From the IMG/VR virus record IMGVR_UViG_3300009093_000034, positions 124,001-188,000 of that record: a stretch of 64,000 nt of DNA. One strand, written 5' to 3'. The notes below the pieces were generated by a model that saw only the letters and a list, made by a program, of their open reading frames with translations, was not told where the DNA came from and did not search any database. Positions within the stretch are counted from its first letter, which is position 1; each line of letters opens with the position of its first letter. This document shows positions 44,282-54,887 of the stretch, piece after piece. Made by a program: the position numbers and the translations under genes.

Positions 44282-44653
44282 ATGAACGTCAAGATTGAGA
44301 TTGAAGGTTGGCTTAAGGCTTTTGCTTGGTACGGTTTGATTCTAGGAATTCTTGGTTGTGCTGCCATTGGGTTTGTCCCGTACCTTCGTGGAATTGACAT
44401 TTTCTTTTTCTTTTGGGGAATCGCTCAGATTGCTGTGATGATCATCCTCATCAGGAACCCAATTCTTGGTATCAAGTTGAGCCGAATCTTTCTCTGGTGT
44501 TCCATCATCATCGGCATCTTCCAGCTATTGACTAACTATCAAGCAGATGGTCAAGTTGTCCGTCTCATCGTTGAAGGAGCCTTTTTGGTTTACTTCTACG
44601 ACTCCGACCAAGTGAAGGGTATCCTTAGCTTGGAGAACAAAAAAGAAGAGTAA
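44282..44653 (+). CDS. Multi-pass membrane protein
   Basis: 3-4 TM segments. Confidence 0.65.
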   Translation: MNVKIEIEGWLKAFAWYGLILGILGCAAIGFVPYLRGIDIFFFFWGIAQIAVMIILIRNPILGIKLSRIFLWCSIIIGIFQLLTNYQADGQVVRLIVEGAFLVYFYDSDQVKGILSLENKKEE

Positions 44654-44655
44654 TC

Positions 44656-45381
44656 ATGTCCATTGTCATCTCAGGGGATCTTCACGGAACCCACGACTAT
44701 CATACCATCACTAACAAGAATGTGAAGAAACAGCTCAGCCAACAAAACAAGGACTATCCTCCTAACTACCACATCGTAGCAGGAGACTGGGGTGCCATCT
44801 GGAACGACTCTCATGAATCTCTGAAAAGAGAGAACCATCTCATCAGATGGTACAATGAGAAACCTTGGGAGACCTTGGTTGTTCTTGGTAACCATGAAGG
44901 CTACTCTAGAATCTATCGTCTTCCGATCATAGAAAAGTTTGGAGGACCTATTTGGAAAGTTTCTGACAGGATTCACATCCTCCAAAATGGGCATGTTTAT
45001 GAGATTGAAGGGAAGAAGTTCTTAGTTTATGGTGGAGGCGACTCCATTGATAAAGCTAGCAGACAACCTTTTGTCTCTTGGTGGCCTGAAGAGATTCCTA
45101 CCTATCGTCATTTCATGCAAGCCATGGAGTCCATCGATCAAGTCTCTGGAAAGGTTGACTATGTCATCACCCACACGTGTCCTAACAACGTTCTTGATCA
45201 TATGGTAGAGAACAAACTTCTCTACTCAGGTCAAAAGTTATCAGACCCTACGGTTCCTCAGTTAGATGGAGTTCAAGCTGCTTTGGTTGACTACAAGAAG
45301 TGGTTCTTCGGACACTTCCATGTTGATTTTGAGTTTGAAAAATATCAGTGCCTTTACAAAAAGTTGGTTGTGATAAACTAA
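44656..45381 (+). CDS. Calcineurin-like metallophosphoesterase
   Basis: GDLHG, GDWG, GNHE, THTCP, FGHFH. Confidence 0.92.
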   Translation: MSIVISGDLHGTHDYHTITNKNVKKQLSQQNKDYPPNYHIVAGDWGAIWNDSHESLKRENHLIRWYNEKPWETLVVLGNHEGYSRIYRLPIIEKFGGPIWKVSDRIHILQNGHVYEIEGKKFLVYGGGDSIDKASRQPFVSWWPEEIPTYRHFMQAMESIDQVSGKVDYVITHTCPNNVLDHMVENKLLYSGQKLSDPTVPQLDGVQAALVDYKKWFFGHFHVDFEFEKYQCLYKKLVVIN

Positions 45382-45393
45382 CTCAGTAACAGC

Positions 45394-46257
45394 ATGTCTA
45401 TCTTCAAATTTTTCACCGTAGCTGACAACAATCTTTTTCTAGAGCTTGCAGTTTCATGCGCTGAGACCTTTTTGTCTGGAACCTCGTTACCTTTTTCTAT
45501 CTACTTCTATGGTCAAGTACCACAGAGTGATCGATTGAACTCTCTTCAGAAAGCCTATCCTGATAGATTCAACTTGATCACAAGGAAGCTTGAAAAGCCT
45601 CTAGACCAGAAGATAAGTTACAAGTGGAGTCCGGTGATCCTAGAAAGGTACTCAATCCTGGACGAGTTAGGTGTAGGATCAATTTACGTTGACTGCGATG
45701 TGTTTCTTTTAAGAAAGATCTCACAAGAGGTATTGGACAAACTTGAGAAAAGAGTTTTGTCTAGTACCTCTTCTTTTTTTGCCTTCTTAGACAATCCAAT
45801 CCACGTAGAAAAGTTCATGCCAGGTTATATTGGGATGATCAAGAACTACGTTTGTTCTGGGTTCTTGATCAAAGGCAATGGATCAATTGACAATAGAATG
45901 ATTCGTCAAATCTTGATCAACCACTACAACTTCCACAAAATACCTATGGTGAATGGCGATCAAGATGCTTTGAATGCCTACAACTCAAGAACCAATTTCA
46001 TCTCTGTTTTAACTGACGATGACTTAGTGTATTGGTCCCCTGACCGATATTTCCATGAAAAAAGTCCAGATTGGGCCACAAAAACAGGAAAGTACTGGGC
46101 AGATCCTTTGAGACGAATGTTTTTAGAGCCATCTTTTTTGGAGAGTGATCAAAATAAAGAGTTCATCTTTCACTTCTTTGGAAAGAAAGATCCTGACTAC
46201 ATCTCATACATCTTGAGAGAAGTGGGAAGATTTAAAGCAACTCAATCTTCTTCTTGA
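45394..46257 (+). CDS. GT8-like glycosyltransferase
   Basis: YVDCDVF, CSGF, NGDQDALN, IFHFFG. Confidence 0.65.
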   Translation: MSIFKFFTVADNNLFLELAVSCAETFLSGTSLPFSIYFYGQVPQSDRLNSLQKAYPDRFNLITRKLEKPLDQKISYKWSPVILERYSILDELGVGSIYVDCDVFLLRKISQEVLDKLEKRVLSSTSSFFAFLDNPIHVEKFMPGYIGMIKNYVCSGFLIKGNGSIDNRMIRQILINHYNFHKIPMVNGDQDALNAYNSRTNFISVLTDDDLVYWSPDRYFHEKSPDWATKTGKYWADPLRRMFLEPSFLESDQNKEFIFHFFGKKDPDYISYILREVGRFKATQSSS

Positions 46258-46984
46258 TGTCTTTCCAATCTGGCTTAGACCCTTCTCTGAAATGAAGTAA
46301 GCCACCATCTTTGACGGTGTTCTTAGTCAGATAAGTGTTCTTCAAAAAGGTGATGTTGTACTTTCTATCTAGCTCTGTCACAAGGTCATCTCCATATCTC
46401 TCTTTGAAAGAAATGAAGAAGTAGTTCAAGAGACCTTGATCATTGTTGAAGTTCTTAAAGAAGCTCTCGTAGTAATTCTTGGTCAAGACCTTAACAAGAA
46501 ATTTCTTGTAGTAAGTGATCTCACTCTCTGACCACTTTGACAAGTCCCAATAAATCACACCACTATTGAATCTCTCAACTCCAGAGAACTCCTCACTCAC
46601 CATAGCCAGCTTTTCATTTACATTGAAAAAGCTAGAGTTTGTGTTGGGGAGAACATATAGATCTGAGTCTAGGTACCAAAATGGTACTTTATTGAAGAAT
46701 AGAGGAAAAAAGATCTTCACAAAAGGAAGACCTGTAAAATGATAGTTATGGAACTGAGTCTTAGCAAGTTCTAGGCCATCTAGAACAGAGATGTCAAGTT
46801 GATCTTGAACCGATAGCTCAAGATCAGTCAAGGTAAAGACTTTGAATTTAGAAAGTTCTTTTGGTGGCTTAGTTCTTTCGGCCCAGAAGACTGCTATCTC
46901 TTGACTAAGAGATTTTACTTGTCCTATGAGATGGTAAAGATTTTTCAGATACCATTTGTTGTTATCAACTAAGAAAACAATCAT
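46232..46984 (-). CDS. GT8 glycosyltransferase
   Basis: WYLDSDL, FNSGV, NDQGLLN, KYN, LLHF..KP. Confidence 0.8.
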   Translation of the reverse strand: MIVFLVDNNKWYLKNLYHLIGQVKSLSQEIAVFWAERTKPPKELSKFKVFTLTDLELSVQDQLDISVLDGLELAKTQFHNYHFTGLPFVKIFFPLFFNKVPFWYLDSDLYVLPNTNSSFFNVNEKLAMVSEEFSGVERFNSGVIYWDLSKWSESEITYYKKFLVKVLTKNYYESFFKNFNNDQGLLNYFFISFKERYGDDLVTELDRKYNITFLKNTYLTKNTVKDGGLLHFREGSKPDWKDIKKKIELL

Positions 46985-46987
46985 TCT

Positions 46988-47773
46988 TTAGTTCAGAAGG
47001 CACTTCTCATAAGGAAGATAGGCAAACCATAGACCGTTGTAACTTTTAACTGGAAGTCCAAACAACGGAGCTATCTTATCTAATGATGCCTCTGGTCCTC
47101 CTAGTAAAACTTTCTTAGCAACATAATGAGCTGCTAGTGAGATGTAGTATATAGCGCGAATCTTAGGATCAGGCTCTGGAACGTAATCTGTGTTGTTTCT
47201 AGTAAAGAACTCTTCTAGAAGAAAGTCGAACAAGATCTGTTTTGAAGAACACACAAAGGAGTTTGCTCTATTGTTAGGATCGAACATCTTTGCAGTGTAA
47301 ACGTTTTGAAGACCATTCAAAACAAAGAACCCAATCTTACTCATAGCGGTTTCAGAGTAATCTCTTTTGACATCAAGAAGAATAGATAAAAGTTGATTTT
47401 TATCGATCTTAACCACAATCAAGTTGTTAACGTCTTCAGGCTTTGGCTCTGTTCCAAAAAATCCTTTAACAAAGAAACTCGAGTCAATGGCGATGTAGTT
47501 AAACTCCACGTTCTCAACTGGAAGATCATCAAAGTTACTCTCCATATACAAGAAGTCTTTAAGATCTTGATCTGTTGAATTGATGTCTAGTAATCTCCAA
47601 GACTGAAGAACAAGGTTTCCTAAGTGTTCGTGAGGAGCTGTTGAAGGAATAGAATCTGGAACATCTTCATAGATAAACTCAGAGACTTGAGGTTTTAAGG
47701 TGTGTCTTGGATTTGGAAACGTAATTCTTCTCATGTTAGAAAATACCACCGTATGAAACAGAAAGATCTGCAT
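46988..47773 (-). CDS. Hypothetical protein between fibre and GT8 genes
   Basis: Coupled on the minus strand. Confidence 0.6.
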   Translation of the reverse strand: MQIFLFHTVVFSNMRRITFPNPRHTLKPQVSEFIYEDVPDSIPSTAPHEHLGNLVLQSWRLLDINSTDQDLKDFLYMESNFDDLPVENVEFNYIAIDSSFFVKGFFGTEPKPEDVNNLIVVKIDKNQLLSILLDVKRDYSETAMSKIGFFVLNGLQNVYTAKMFDPNNRANSFVCSSKQILFDFLLEEFFTRNNTDYVPEPDPKIRAIYYISLAAHYVAKKVLLGGPEASLDKIAPLFGLPVKSYNGLWFAYLPYEKCLLN

Positions 47774-50700
47774 AACTTAGGCTGAGGAACACAATGTTGT
47801 TAATAGTTTGGTTAGCAGCCAAAGACATTCCAGCTGGACCACCATAGTTAACCCATGTTTGATTGGACGTGGTTAAAACAATAGAAGAGGTATTTTGGTT
47901 GAACGGCGATGCAGTTAGGTTTGTTGTACCTCCAGCGTTGTACTGAACTTGAATACCGCCGCCGCTGCTTATTGATGGAATGGTAGGAGAGAATGGAGGT
48001 GCTGACGTTGCTCTAACTTGAGCCGTGAACAATCCAGCGTCTGTTCCATAAATTCCTGTTCCTCCCGTGTTAACGTCCCAAGTAACTAGAACACCAAGAG
48101 CAGAAGGACTTACTGTTCCAGCAAAAGTTGGAGGAGTGAAGGCTAGGAAGTCTGTGTTTCCAGCCGTTGCAGCCCAAGTCCAAGTGGTTCTGTTTCCTGC
48201 GTTGTACTCAGTGACCAAGATGTTAGCAGTGTTTCCAGATCCAGTTCTTCCTGAACCAGAGTTGGCCCACGTTGGAGTTCCTGGGCTGATACCAGAGTTA
48301 AGAGTTGCATTGTTGACAGAGACTGTCCAAGCTCCTGCACCACCGTTAGAAGCTGCAGCTGTGACTGTATCATTCAACTTGTTTGGAGCAACTAGAGCCG
48401 TGTTAGCAGTGTAGGACAACAGAGGGTTCATGGCTGTGTAGTCTGTGTTTCCTGCTGTGGTGAACACAAACACAAGAGGGAAGTTTGCAGCATACTCAGA
48501 AGGTTTGATGGTTCCTGTTAGTCCAGATCCTGAGTGAACTGTGACTGCACTCAAGTTCTTGGTGGTCCATGTCACACTAGGTGTGAGACCAGATGCTAGA
48601 ACGATGCTAGAGATGTTGTTAGAGTTGATGATCAACGTCCAACCAGTTGCTCCTGCTGCACCAGCAGAAACAGAAAATGGGAAACCAGAAACTATGGAAT
48701 CAGCTTTAGTTCCAGGAGCTTGTGAAGCTGTAAAGGTGTAAGCTGGGTTGGTGTCAGAGTAAGCACCATTGGTATAGGTCTGTCCAAAACCAATGTAGTC
48801 AGTTGATGTAGCAGTTGTCCAAGTCCATCTCAATCTATAACCAGTAGCGTACACACTAGGAGGTAAGGTGTTGGTGACTGTTAGTCCTGTACCATGACCA
48901 GAAGCTCCACTGGTTGGAACCGTGGCAACTGGAGTAGACGTGTTGTCCAACACATCCCATGAAGGGGTTCCTGGAGAGGTAAGGGAAGTAAAGGTAGGCT
49001 GTACAGCTGTGTTTCCCCATTGTCCAGCTGAGGATGTAGCCGGAGATGAGACTGTGTCATGCTTAGGATAAGGCGTGGCAGACACCGTGACAGTATAGCT
49101 AGGGAAGTAAGAAGATCCTCCCGTGAATGGAGTTACAGCAGCACTGTTAGAAATCGATCCTGAAGATGGAGCGTTGTTGTTATGAGTATGGTCTGAGAGA
49201 GTTCCAACCAAACCATACACAGGAGTTGTGATAGAACCATCAAAAAAGACTCCCCAAGGTTGAGGCGTGGCTGTTTTGGTTCCAGTTACTCCTGGAACTG
49301 CTAATGTTAGGGGTAGAGGTACGTAACTAGACCAAGCTCCTGCTGTGGTGTAAGGTGTAGCTCGGTAACGTACAGCGATCTGATAGACAAATTGTCCAGA
49401 GTATCCACCATGAGTGGCTACTTGTGGAACAGAGAGTCCAGTTGTTCCTGCACTAAAGAAGTTTGAAGGTAGGTCTCCAACCAAGGAAACCCAAGTAATT
49501 CCACCGGTGGTATCGAAGATTTGGATTCCGCTTAGAGATCCCAGGTAAAGTTTAGTTCCTGATAAGAACGGCGCAACCATTAATATAGTTCCTACTTGAC
49601 TCCAAGTAGTTCCTCCGTCCGAGGAAGCAAAGGTCTTAGCATTTACCGTATTAATGTAAACCGTGTTAGATCCAGTTGCTACTACTATCTGAATTTGATT
49701 GGCATCAAATCCACTAGAAGATGTTATGGTGGTAAAGGATCCACTTCCGTCCATGGTGGTGGACTTCATCAATCCTACGTTGGCACCAATGTAGATTGCA
49801 CCACTTGTAGCAGAGACTGATCTCATTACGTTGGTAGAACCAACCTGATATGAGTTCCATGTTGTTCCACCGTTTGTAGAAACTAGAAGTCCCGTGGTGG
49901 TGCTATCAATACCAATGGTGTAAATGGTTGAGCCATTTACAAATAGGTCTCTAGCTCCAAAGAAAGTTCCCCAACCTGAAGTTCCTGTTCCATAGTTTGT
50001 CCAAGAAGTTCCGCCGTTAGACGATACAGAGATTCCCGCTGATGCCATAGCAACATAGATCTTTCCTCCTGATACAACCGTCTTTTGAACAGATGCGTTG
50101 GGAATTCCGCTGTTTCCGTTGTTGAAAACGGACCAGCTAACACCATTGGTGGTTGAAACTGCAAGTCCTCCCGTGTTTGTACCAACGTAGATGGTCGTAC
50201 CAAAGATAGCCACAGATACGATGGTGTTGCTTGGGAGTCCGTTCGCTGTGGTGTAGGTGTTCCAAGTAACTCCTCCGTCTGTGGAGACGAAGAGTCCTGC
50301 AGAGCCAGTAGCGTCGAAACATGCCATCAACAATCCGTTGACTGCTACTGTTGAGATGATCGTGTTAGAAGGTAAACCGTTGGACGTAGTGATACTAGAG
50401 TTGTAGTTAGGTCCACCAACAGACCATGCATTGTTAGGACCATACCCTAACATGTATTGAATGTCAAACTCAACGAGACCAGTGTAACCAGCAGCATCTG
50501 TGTAAGGGTAAGTAAGAAAGCCTCCACCGTTAACACCAAGAGTTCCTAGAATAGGGACTCGGGTCTGAGAGGCTTGTGTTCCGTTAACTCCTGTTTGAAA
50601 CAGAGTTCCTAGGTCGACACCATTGATCTTAAAACCTGTGGTTATGGGTGAGTTGGCTCCAGGAGTTTGTAGGTTAGCTGCTAGAAACTCAGTCTCGGCA

Positions 50701-50843
50701 TCTTTAGGAGTTCCAGGGAAGGCTGTGTCAAAAAAATAGCCTGGAACGTCGGTTCTCTTGTATGAGACACCTGCTAAAACGTTGTCAGTTCTGAGTAGAT
50801 TATTATCTAGTGAAACGCCACCTGATTTGAGATTAGACGCCAT
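47736..50843 (-). CDS. Long tail fibre / receptor-binding protein with Asp-box beta-propeller
   Basis: Repeated SxDGGxTW/STNGGTTW boxes; T/S/G-rich C-terminal repeats. Confidence 0.8.
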   Translation of the reverse strand: MASNLKSGGVSLDNNLLRTDNVLAGVSYKRTDVPGYFFDTAFPGTPKDAETEFLAANLQTPGANSPITTGFKINGVDLGTLFQTGVNGTQASQTRVPILGTLGVNGGGFLTYPYTDAAGYTGLVEFDIQYMLGYGPNNAWSVGGPNYNSSITTSNGLPSNTIISTVAVNGLLMACFDATGSAGLFVSTDGGVTWNTYTTANGLPSNTIVSVAIFGTTIYVGTNTGGLAVSTTNGVSWSVFNNGNSGIPNASVQKTVVSGGKIYVAMASAGISVSSNGGTSWTNYGTGTSGWGTFFGARDLFVNGSTIYTIGIDSTTTGLLVSTNGGTTWNSYQVGSTNVMRSVSATSGAIYIGANVGLMKSTTMDGSGSFTTITSSSGFDANQIQIVVATGSNTVYINTVNAKTFASSDGGTTWSQVGTILMVAPFLSGTKLYLGSLSGIQIFDTTGGITWVSLVGDLPSNFFSAGTTGLSVPQVATHGGYSGQFVYQIAVRYRATPYTTAGAWSSYVPLPLTLAVPGVTGTKTATPQPWGVFFDGSITTPVYGLVGTLSDHTHNNNAPSSGSISNSAAVTPFTGGSSYFPSYTVTVSATPYPKHDTVSSPATSSAGQWGNTAVQPTFTSLTSPGTPSWDVLDNTSTPVATVPTSGASGHGTGLTVTNTLPPSVYATGYRLRWTWTTATSTDYIGFGQTYTNGAYSDTNPAYTFTASQAPGTKADSIVSGFPFSVSAGAAGATGWTLIINSNNISSIVLASGLTPSVTWTTKNLSAVTVHSGSGLTGTIKPSEYAANFPLVFVFTTAGNTDYTAMNPLLSYTANTALVAPNKLNDTVTAAASNGGAGAWTVSVNNATLNSGISPGTPTWANSGSGRTGSGNTANILVTEYNAGNRTTWTWAATAGNTDFLAFTPPTFAGTVSPSALGVLVTWDVNTGGTGIYGTDAGLFTAQVRATSAPPFSPTIPSISSGGGIQVQYNAGGTTNLTASPFNQNTSSIVLTTSNQTWVNYGGPAGMSLAANQTINNIVFLSLSYADLSVSYGGIF

Positions 50844-51753
50844 GAGCCGATCTTACCTCTCCTGCAAGCTCTTGAACGGCCTTTAAGAGAAGACCGATGG
50901 TAGTGTTGATGTCAAAGTGCTTTTGATCTGGTCCTGAGATAAGAGGATCGGTGTCCTCAGCGATGAAACCAACCATCTCCTTGGCATCAGCACCTTGGTT
51001 CTTGTACTTGTAGGATACAATGTCGATGCCATTGATGATATCAATGGCGGATTGCTTGAACTTCTTAATAGCTCTCTTTGCAGTTCTTGATGATGTTGCG
51101 TTGAAAGAAGGAGCATTGATCTGAGCGTTGGCTGTGATCTGTCCTGTTCCTTTGGAGTTCAAGAGAAGAGCTGCATTGGAAACAGTACTTACCACACTGA
51201 CACTTGCTTGAGCAACATCACGAGAGAACTGAAGCCAACTGTTAGAGCTGGCAACTGCGATCAAGTCAATGATGGGGTTTCCAGATGCATCGTTGACAAA
51301 GGTTGCTGTGGTGTTGTTCTCTGCTACGTTAGAGAACTTGATGTTGTTTCCTGCGGCTGCATCAAAGGTGAGACCAGTTGCAACGATCTCAATACCATTG
51401 TTGAACTTAACGGAACCAGAGACAGCTTGGAATGGGTCGTTAACTAGAATGTAAGCAGCAGTGTTTTTCTTTAAGGTATCAACTTGAATGTTGGTGGCGA
51501 TGAGAGTAGGAACAGTAAGACTATTTCCTCCACCAGAGAAGGAAACGTTTCCACTAACACTGATTGAAGTTGCTTGAAGAACTAGGTTGGCAGTGTTTCC
51601 TGCACCAATTTGGATCGTGTCTGTTCTAGGAGTGACTGCATCAATGATGAGTTTGCTAGTTGAACTATCATAGTTGATAGCGATGGTTCCGTTAACTGGA
51701 ACGATATCGGTACCAAAAAGAATTTTACTTGTAGTAAATGCAGATGAACCCAT
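50833..51753 (-). CDS. Tail fibre protein with C-terminal intramolecular chaperone (peptidase S74)
   Basis: TSSRTAKRAI..IVSYKYK..VGFIAED..LLKAVQEL. Confidence 0.88.
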   Translation of the reverse strand: MGSSAFTTSKILFGTDIVPVNGTIAINYDSSTSKLIIDAVTPRTDTIQIGAGNTANLVLQATSISVSGNVSFSGGGNSLTVPTLIATNIQVDTLKKNTAAYILVNDPFQAVSGSVKFNNGIEIVATGLTFDAAAGNNIKFSNVAENNTTATFVNDASGNPIIDLIAVASSNSWLQFSRDVAQASVSVVSTVSNAALLLNSKGTGQITANAQINAPSFNATSSRTAKRAIKKFKQSAIDIINGIDIVSYKYKNQGADAKEMVGFIAEDTDPLISGPDQKHFDINTTIGLLLKAVQELAGEVRSAHGV

Positions 51754-51785
51754 TTAACACCACTCCTATTTTCTAATTAGTGGTG

Positions 51786-54071
51786 TTACTCTTCCTCGAA
51801 AAGCTCTCCAAAGTAATCTGGGCTATCAAGATGCTCTCTAAGCTTTGAGAAGTTCAACTCTCCCTGAGGAATTCTGTCTTCCTTAGCCATCTTCTCGAGC
51901 TCTTCACGAAGAGTGAGTCTCTTCTCAAATGGGTTATGACCAGACTTGTCAGCTTCTCTCCACTTGATCATGGTGTCAAAGTAAGTCTCGTCTTCCACTC
52001 GTGGCTTATCGGAGATCAACTTTCTGTAGTATCCACCACCAGTAGACTCTGTGATCCTGTTCTTGGTAAGAAGTTCAAAGTAGGTCTCGTAGAACTTTTG
52101 CTTGTTCTTGTTATATCTCTCTGTGAGCTCTTGTTCTCTCATTCTAGCAAGATACTGCTTTCGTTGTTCAGCAAGTCTCTTGATGGTTCCTTGAGAGATA
52201 GCAGATTCTTCAGTTGGAGCAGCCGTTTCAGCGCCGCCCTCTTCTGGAGTAGGAGCTTCTCCACCTTCAGATCCTTCTTCTTCAGGTGCTGCTTCTCCAC
52301 CGCCACCTTCTCCAAATCCACCAAAGTCAAGGTCAAGAGTTTCTCCACCCTTAGCAGCTGCTGAACCCTGTTCAGCAGAGCCTTCATCCGAGGTGGCCTT
52401 TGCCTTTTGTGCCAGGACGCTCATGGAGACCTTTTGGGTCCACTTGAGAACGTCAGTAGGGTTCAAGAAGGTGTATTTAGCGAGAATGTCCTTAACAACG
52501 TCAGGAGGTAGAGGTTCTCCCTCTTCAACTCCCATGGAAGTTCCGATGACGTCGATGATCTTTTGAGCCATGTCCAAGGTAGCAGATCTAGCTTGTTGTT
52601 TTTCATCAGAAGCTTCTTCTGCTGGGAACCTCATGGCCAAGGAGAATGGAGTGGTGAAGTCAAACTCACCGGTGATGGCCATGTGAAGACGAATCAAGCT
52701 TCCAAGACCGTCAAGGAAGTTGGATTGCAATGTGTGAACGTGAGTAGCAAAAGGCTTCCATTGTTCAACAAGAGAAACGGCTGAGTTACCAAAACCACCC
52801 CACTCTTGAACTAGGTAACCTTTAGGGATACCAGAAGCGATAGCGATTCTGTCGATGTACATCTCAAGGTCTGCCACGAAGTCAATGTCTGCTTCTGACT
52901 TTGCGATCTCCACCTCAAGAAGACCATCTGGCAACCACATTTTAGTGTTGACAGAGAAGGCTTCACCTGAACCTGCTGTAGGTGAGACGCCGATGTTGTC
53001 ATACTGTTCACGAGTCTTGTTAACGTGAGACCAAACCTCAGCCTCAGATTGACCAGGAGCTGTTTTGACCTTATACAAGGTGACAGGGAAGCTCAAGATA
53101 CGAGCAATGGACTGAAGAGTCATAGTAGAAGCAGCTTGCTTGAACGGAGCCAAACAAGCTAGAAGGTGAGGTCTTCCGTATGGATAAAATTCTGAGTGGT
53201 CAGCATCATTTCTGAAGTGAGTAACGGCCCAAGGAGGAATGACCGTATCGTTATCAACAACAAAACCAAAGAGCTTAGTCTCAAACATCTCAGCGAAGTC
53301 TTCTGCATTGTTGATGGCCTCGAATTGGTCAAGTAGAAGAGCCATCTTCTGGTCTCTGTTGATGGCGTTCATCACAGAACCTTGTCTAAGTCTGATGATC
53401 TCTGCGACCTTGGTCGGGTTGAACTCAAGTCTTTCTAAGATCTGGTTGACTTGAAGAGGGATGATCTTCTCAACACCTCTAGAAGTAACTTTCTGAGCCC
53501 AGAAGGCTTCACCGAATAGTTCTAGATCAAAGAAGGCTCCGTGAACTCTAGATTGAGTGATTCCCCAAAGATCAAAGAGCTCGTAGATCCTATCAACAAA
53601 AACAGGGTTTGGAGACTCAACAGAGATGAGTCTGTCTTGAATAGTAAGTTGAGTAGCTTCGTCTGGAGCTAATTGTGTGACTCTAGAGATGAATGGATCG
53701 TTGTAGTACATGAACTTGAGTTCATTGATTCTCTTTTGTCGATCGCGTAGGTCATCGTAACCATTTGTGCTGTCTCGAAGCCAAGCGTCAAAGAGTTTTC
53801 CTAACTTATCACTGAATGGACTCTTACTGAAGAGCTCGCCTAATCTGGCGTCAGATCCACGTTGAGACATGTTATCGAGGTCAACTCGAACCATGTCAAT
53901 ACCATACTTTCCAGCGATGCTGTTGCTAGACTTTCCCTTTTCAGAGTTTGGTCTCCAACCCCACCATGACGTGAGACGTGAAAGGAACCCAGTTCTAGCT
54001 ATGGAAGACTGGTTTCCCTTTCCTGTGATGTAGGTTGTAAAGTTATTCTCTCTGAGTCTTTCTTTTGCCAA
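51786..54071 (-). CDS. Portal protein, T4 gp20-like
   Basis: LFGEAFW, PPWAVTHFR, YGRPHL, RILSFPVTLYKV, IAIASGIPKGYL. Confidence 0.8.
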   Translation of the reverse strand: MAKERLRENNFTTYITGKGNQSSIARTGFLSRLTSWWGWRPNSEKGKSSNSIAGKYGIDMVRVDLDNMSQRGSDARLGELFSKSPFSDKLGKLFDAWLRDSTNGYDDLRDRQKRINELKFMYYNDPFISRVTQLAPDEATQLTIQDRLISVESPNPVFVDRIYELFDLWGITQSRVHGAFFDLELFGEAFWAQKVTSRGVEKIIPLQVNQILERLEFNPTKVAEIIRLRQGSVMNAINRDQKMALLLDQFEAINNAEDFAEMFETKLFGFVVDNDTVIPPWAVTHFRNDADHSEFYPYGRPHLLACLAPFKQAASTMTLQSIARILSFPVTLYKVKTAPGQSEAEVWSHVNKTREQYDNIGVSPTAGSGEAFSVNTKMWLPDGLLEVEIAKSEADIDFVADLEMYIDRIAIASGIPKGYLVQEWGGFGNSAVSLVEQWKPFATHVHTLQSNFLDGLGSLIRLHMAITGEFDFTTPFSLAMRFPAEEASDEKQQARSATLDMAQKIIDVIGTSMGVEEGEPLPPDVVKDILAKYTFLNPTDVLKWTQKVSMSVLAQKAKATSDEGSAEQGSAAAKGGETLDLDFGGFGEGGGGEAAPEEEGSEGGEAPTPEEGGAETAAPTEESAISQGTIKRLAEQRKQYLARMREQELTERYNKNKQKFYETYFELLTKNRITESTGGGYYRKLISDKPRVEDETYFDTMIKWREADKSGHNPFEKRLTLREELEKMAKEDRIPQGELNFSKLREHLDSPDYFGELFEEE

Positions 54072-54305
54072 TTAGAACACCAACTTTTGTCGACCAGAAG
54101 GTCTAGGTGCATTCTTCATGTGAGTTACCATTGCTGTAAAATCATTGTCGGCAAAGTAGTCAGGAACGTGGACAGATGGTTTCTTCATCACCCTTTTCAT
54201 CTTGTGATCGTGATCACAAAGGACTTCCTTTGGAGGTCCATCTTGGATGGCGTAGGAAACTGTCTTAGTCTGATTGCACTCTTCGCATGTAAAATCTACT
54301 CGCAT
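54072..54305 (-). CDS. FmdB-like Zn ribbon
   Basis: DFTCEEC..VLCDHDHKMKRV. Confidence 0.75.
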   Translation of the reverse strand: MRVDFTCEECNQTKTVSYAIQDGPPKEVLCDHDHKMKRVMKKPSVHVPDYFADNDFTAMVTHMKNAPRPSGRQKLVF

Positions 54306-54338
54306 AAAACGCCTTTATCAATTAGTTACTTATTGTCT

Positions 54339-54716
54339 ATGGATGCACTAATCGCTGAACAGAAAACCAGATTTAGAACTCTAAAGATCTGGAAAGAATT
54401 TAGACAACATCTGATTGAGGTCAGAGGTCCTAGTTGTGAGTGTTGTGGAACAACCTACTCAGGTAAAAGAAAAAAGCAACTCCAGATCCACCATTTGTAC
54501 CCATCTCAGTACGAACTTCTTGAGGAGTTCAGATTCAAGATTCTTTGTAGCAGATGTCACGACGCTGTTGAAACAATTAACATAAAACTCAAATCTAAGA
54601 ACCAAACGTTGATCAGAAGAGATTTATTTCTTGCTCTATATGGTGAATTTCTTCCACGCGAAGAGCCCTTAAGATCTAAGTATAACCTTGAACAGTTCGA
54701 AAAGGATCAAAATTAA
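54339..54716 (+). CDS. HNH endonuclease
   Basis: CECCG..QIHHL..LCSRCH. Confidence 0.8.
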   Translation: MDALIAEQKTRFRTLKIWKEFRQHLIEVRGPSCECCGTTYSGKRKKQLQIHHLYPSQYELLEEFRFKILCSRCHDAVETINIKLKSKNQTLIRRDLFLALYGEFLPREEPLRSKYNLEQFEKDQN

Positions 54717-54887
54717 TCTACCTCTTGTTGATCTGGGCCGTGCCCTAAGTACTAAGATTCTTATAGTTAAATGATTCTTATATATGCTACTCGATGTGCA
54801 CACTATTCAAAATGAACAATCTAGGAATCCATATTAACTTATTGAAAAGATGACAAGTTTCAATAATCTGGTATATTACAGGTACGA

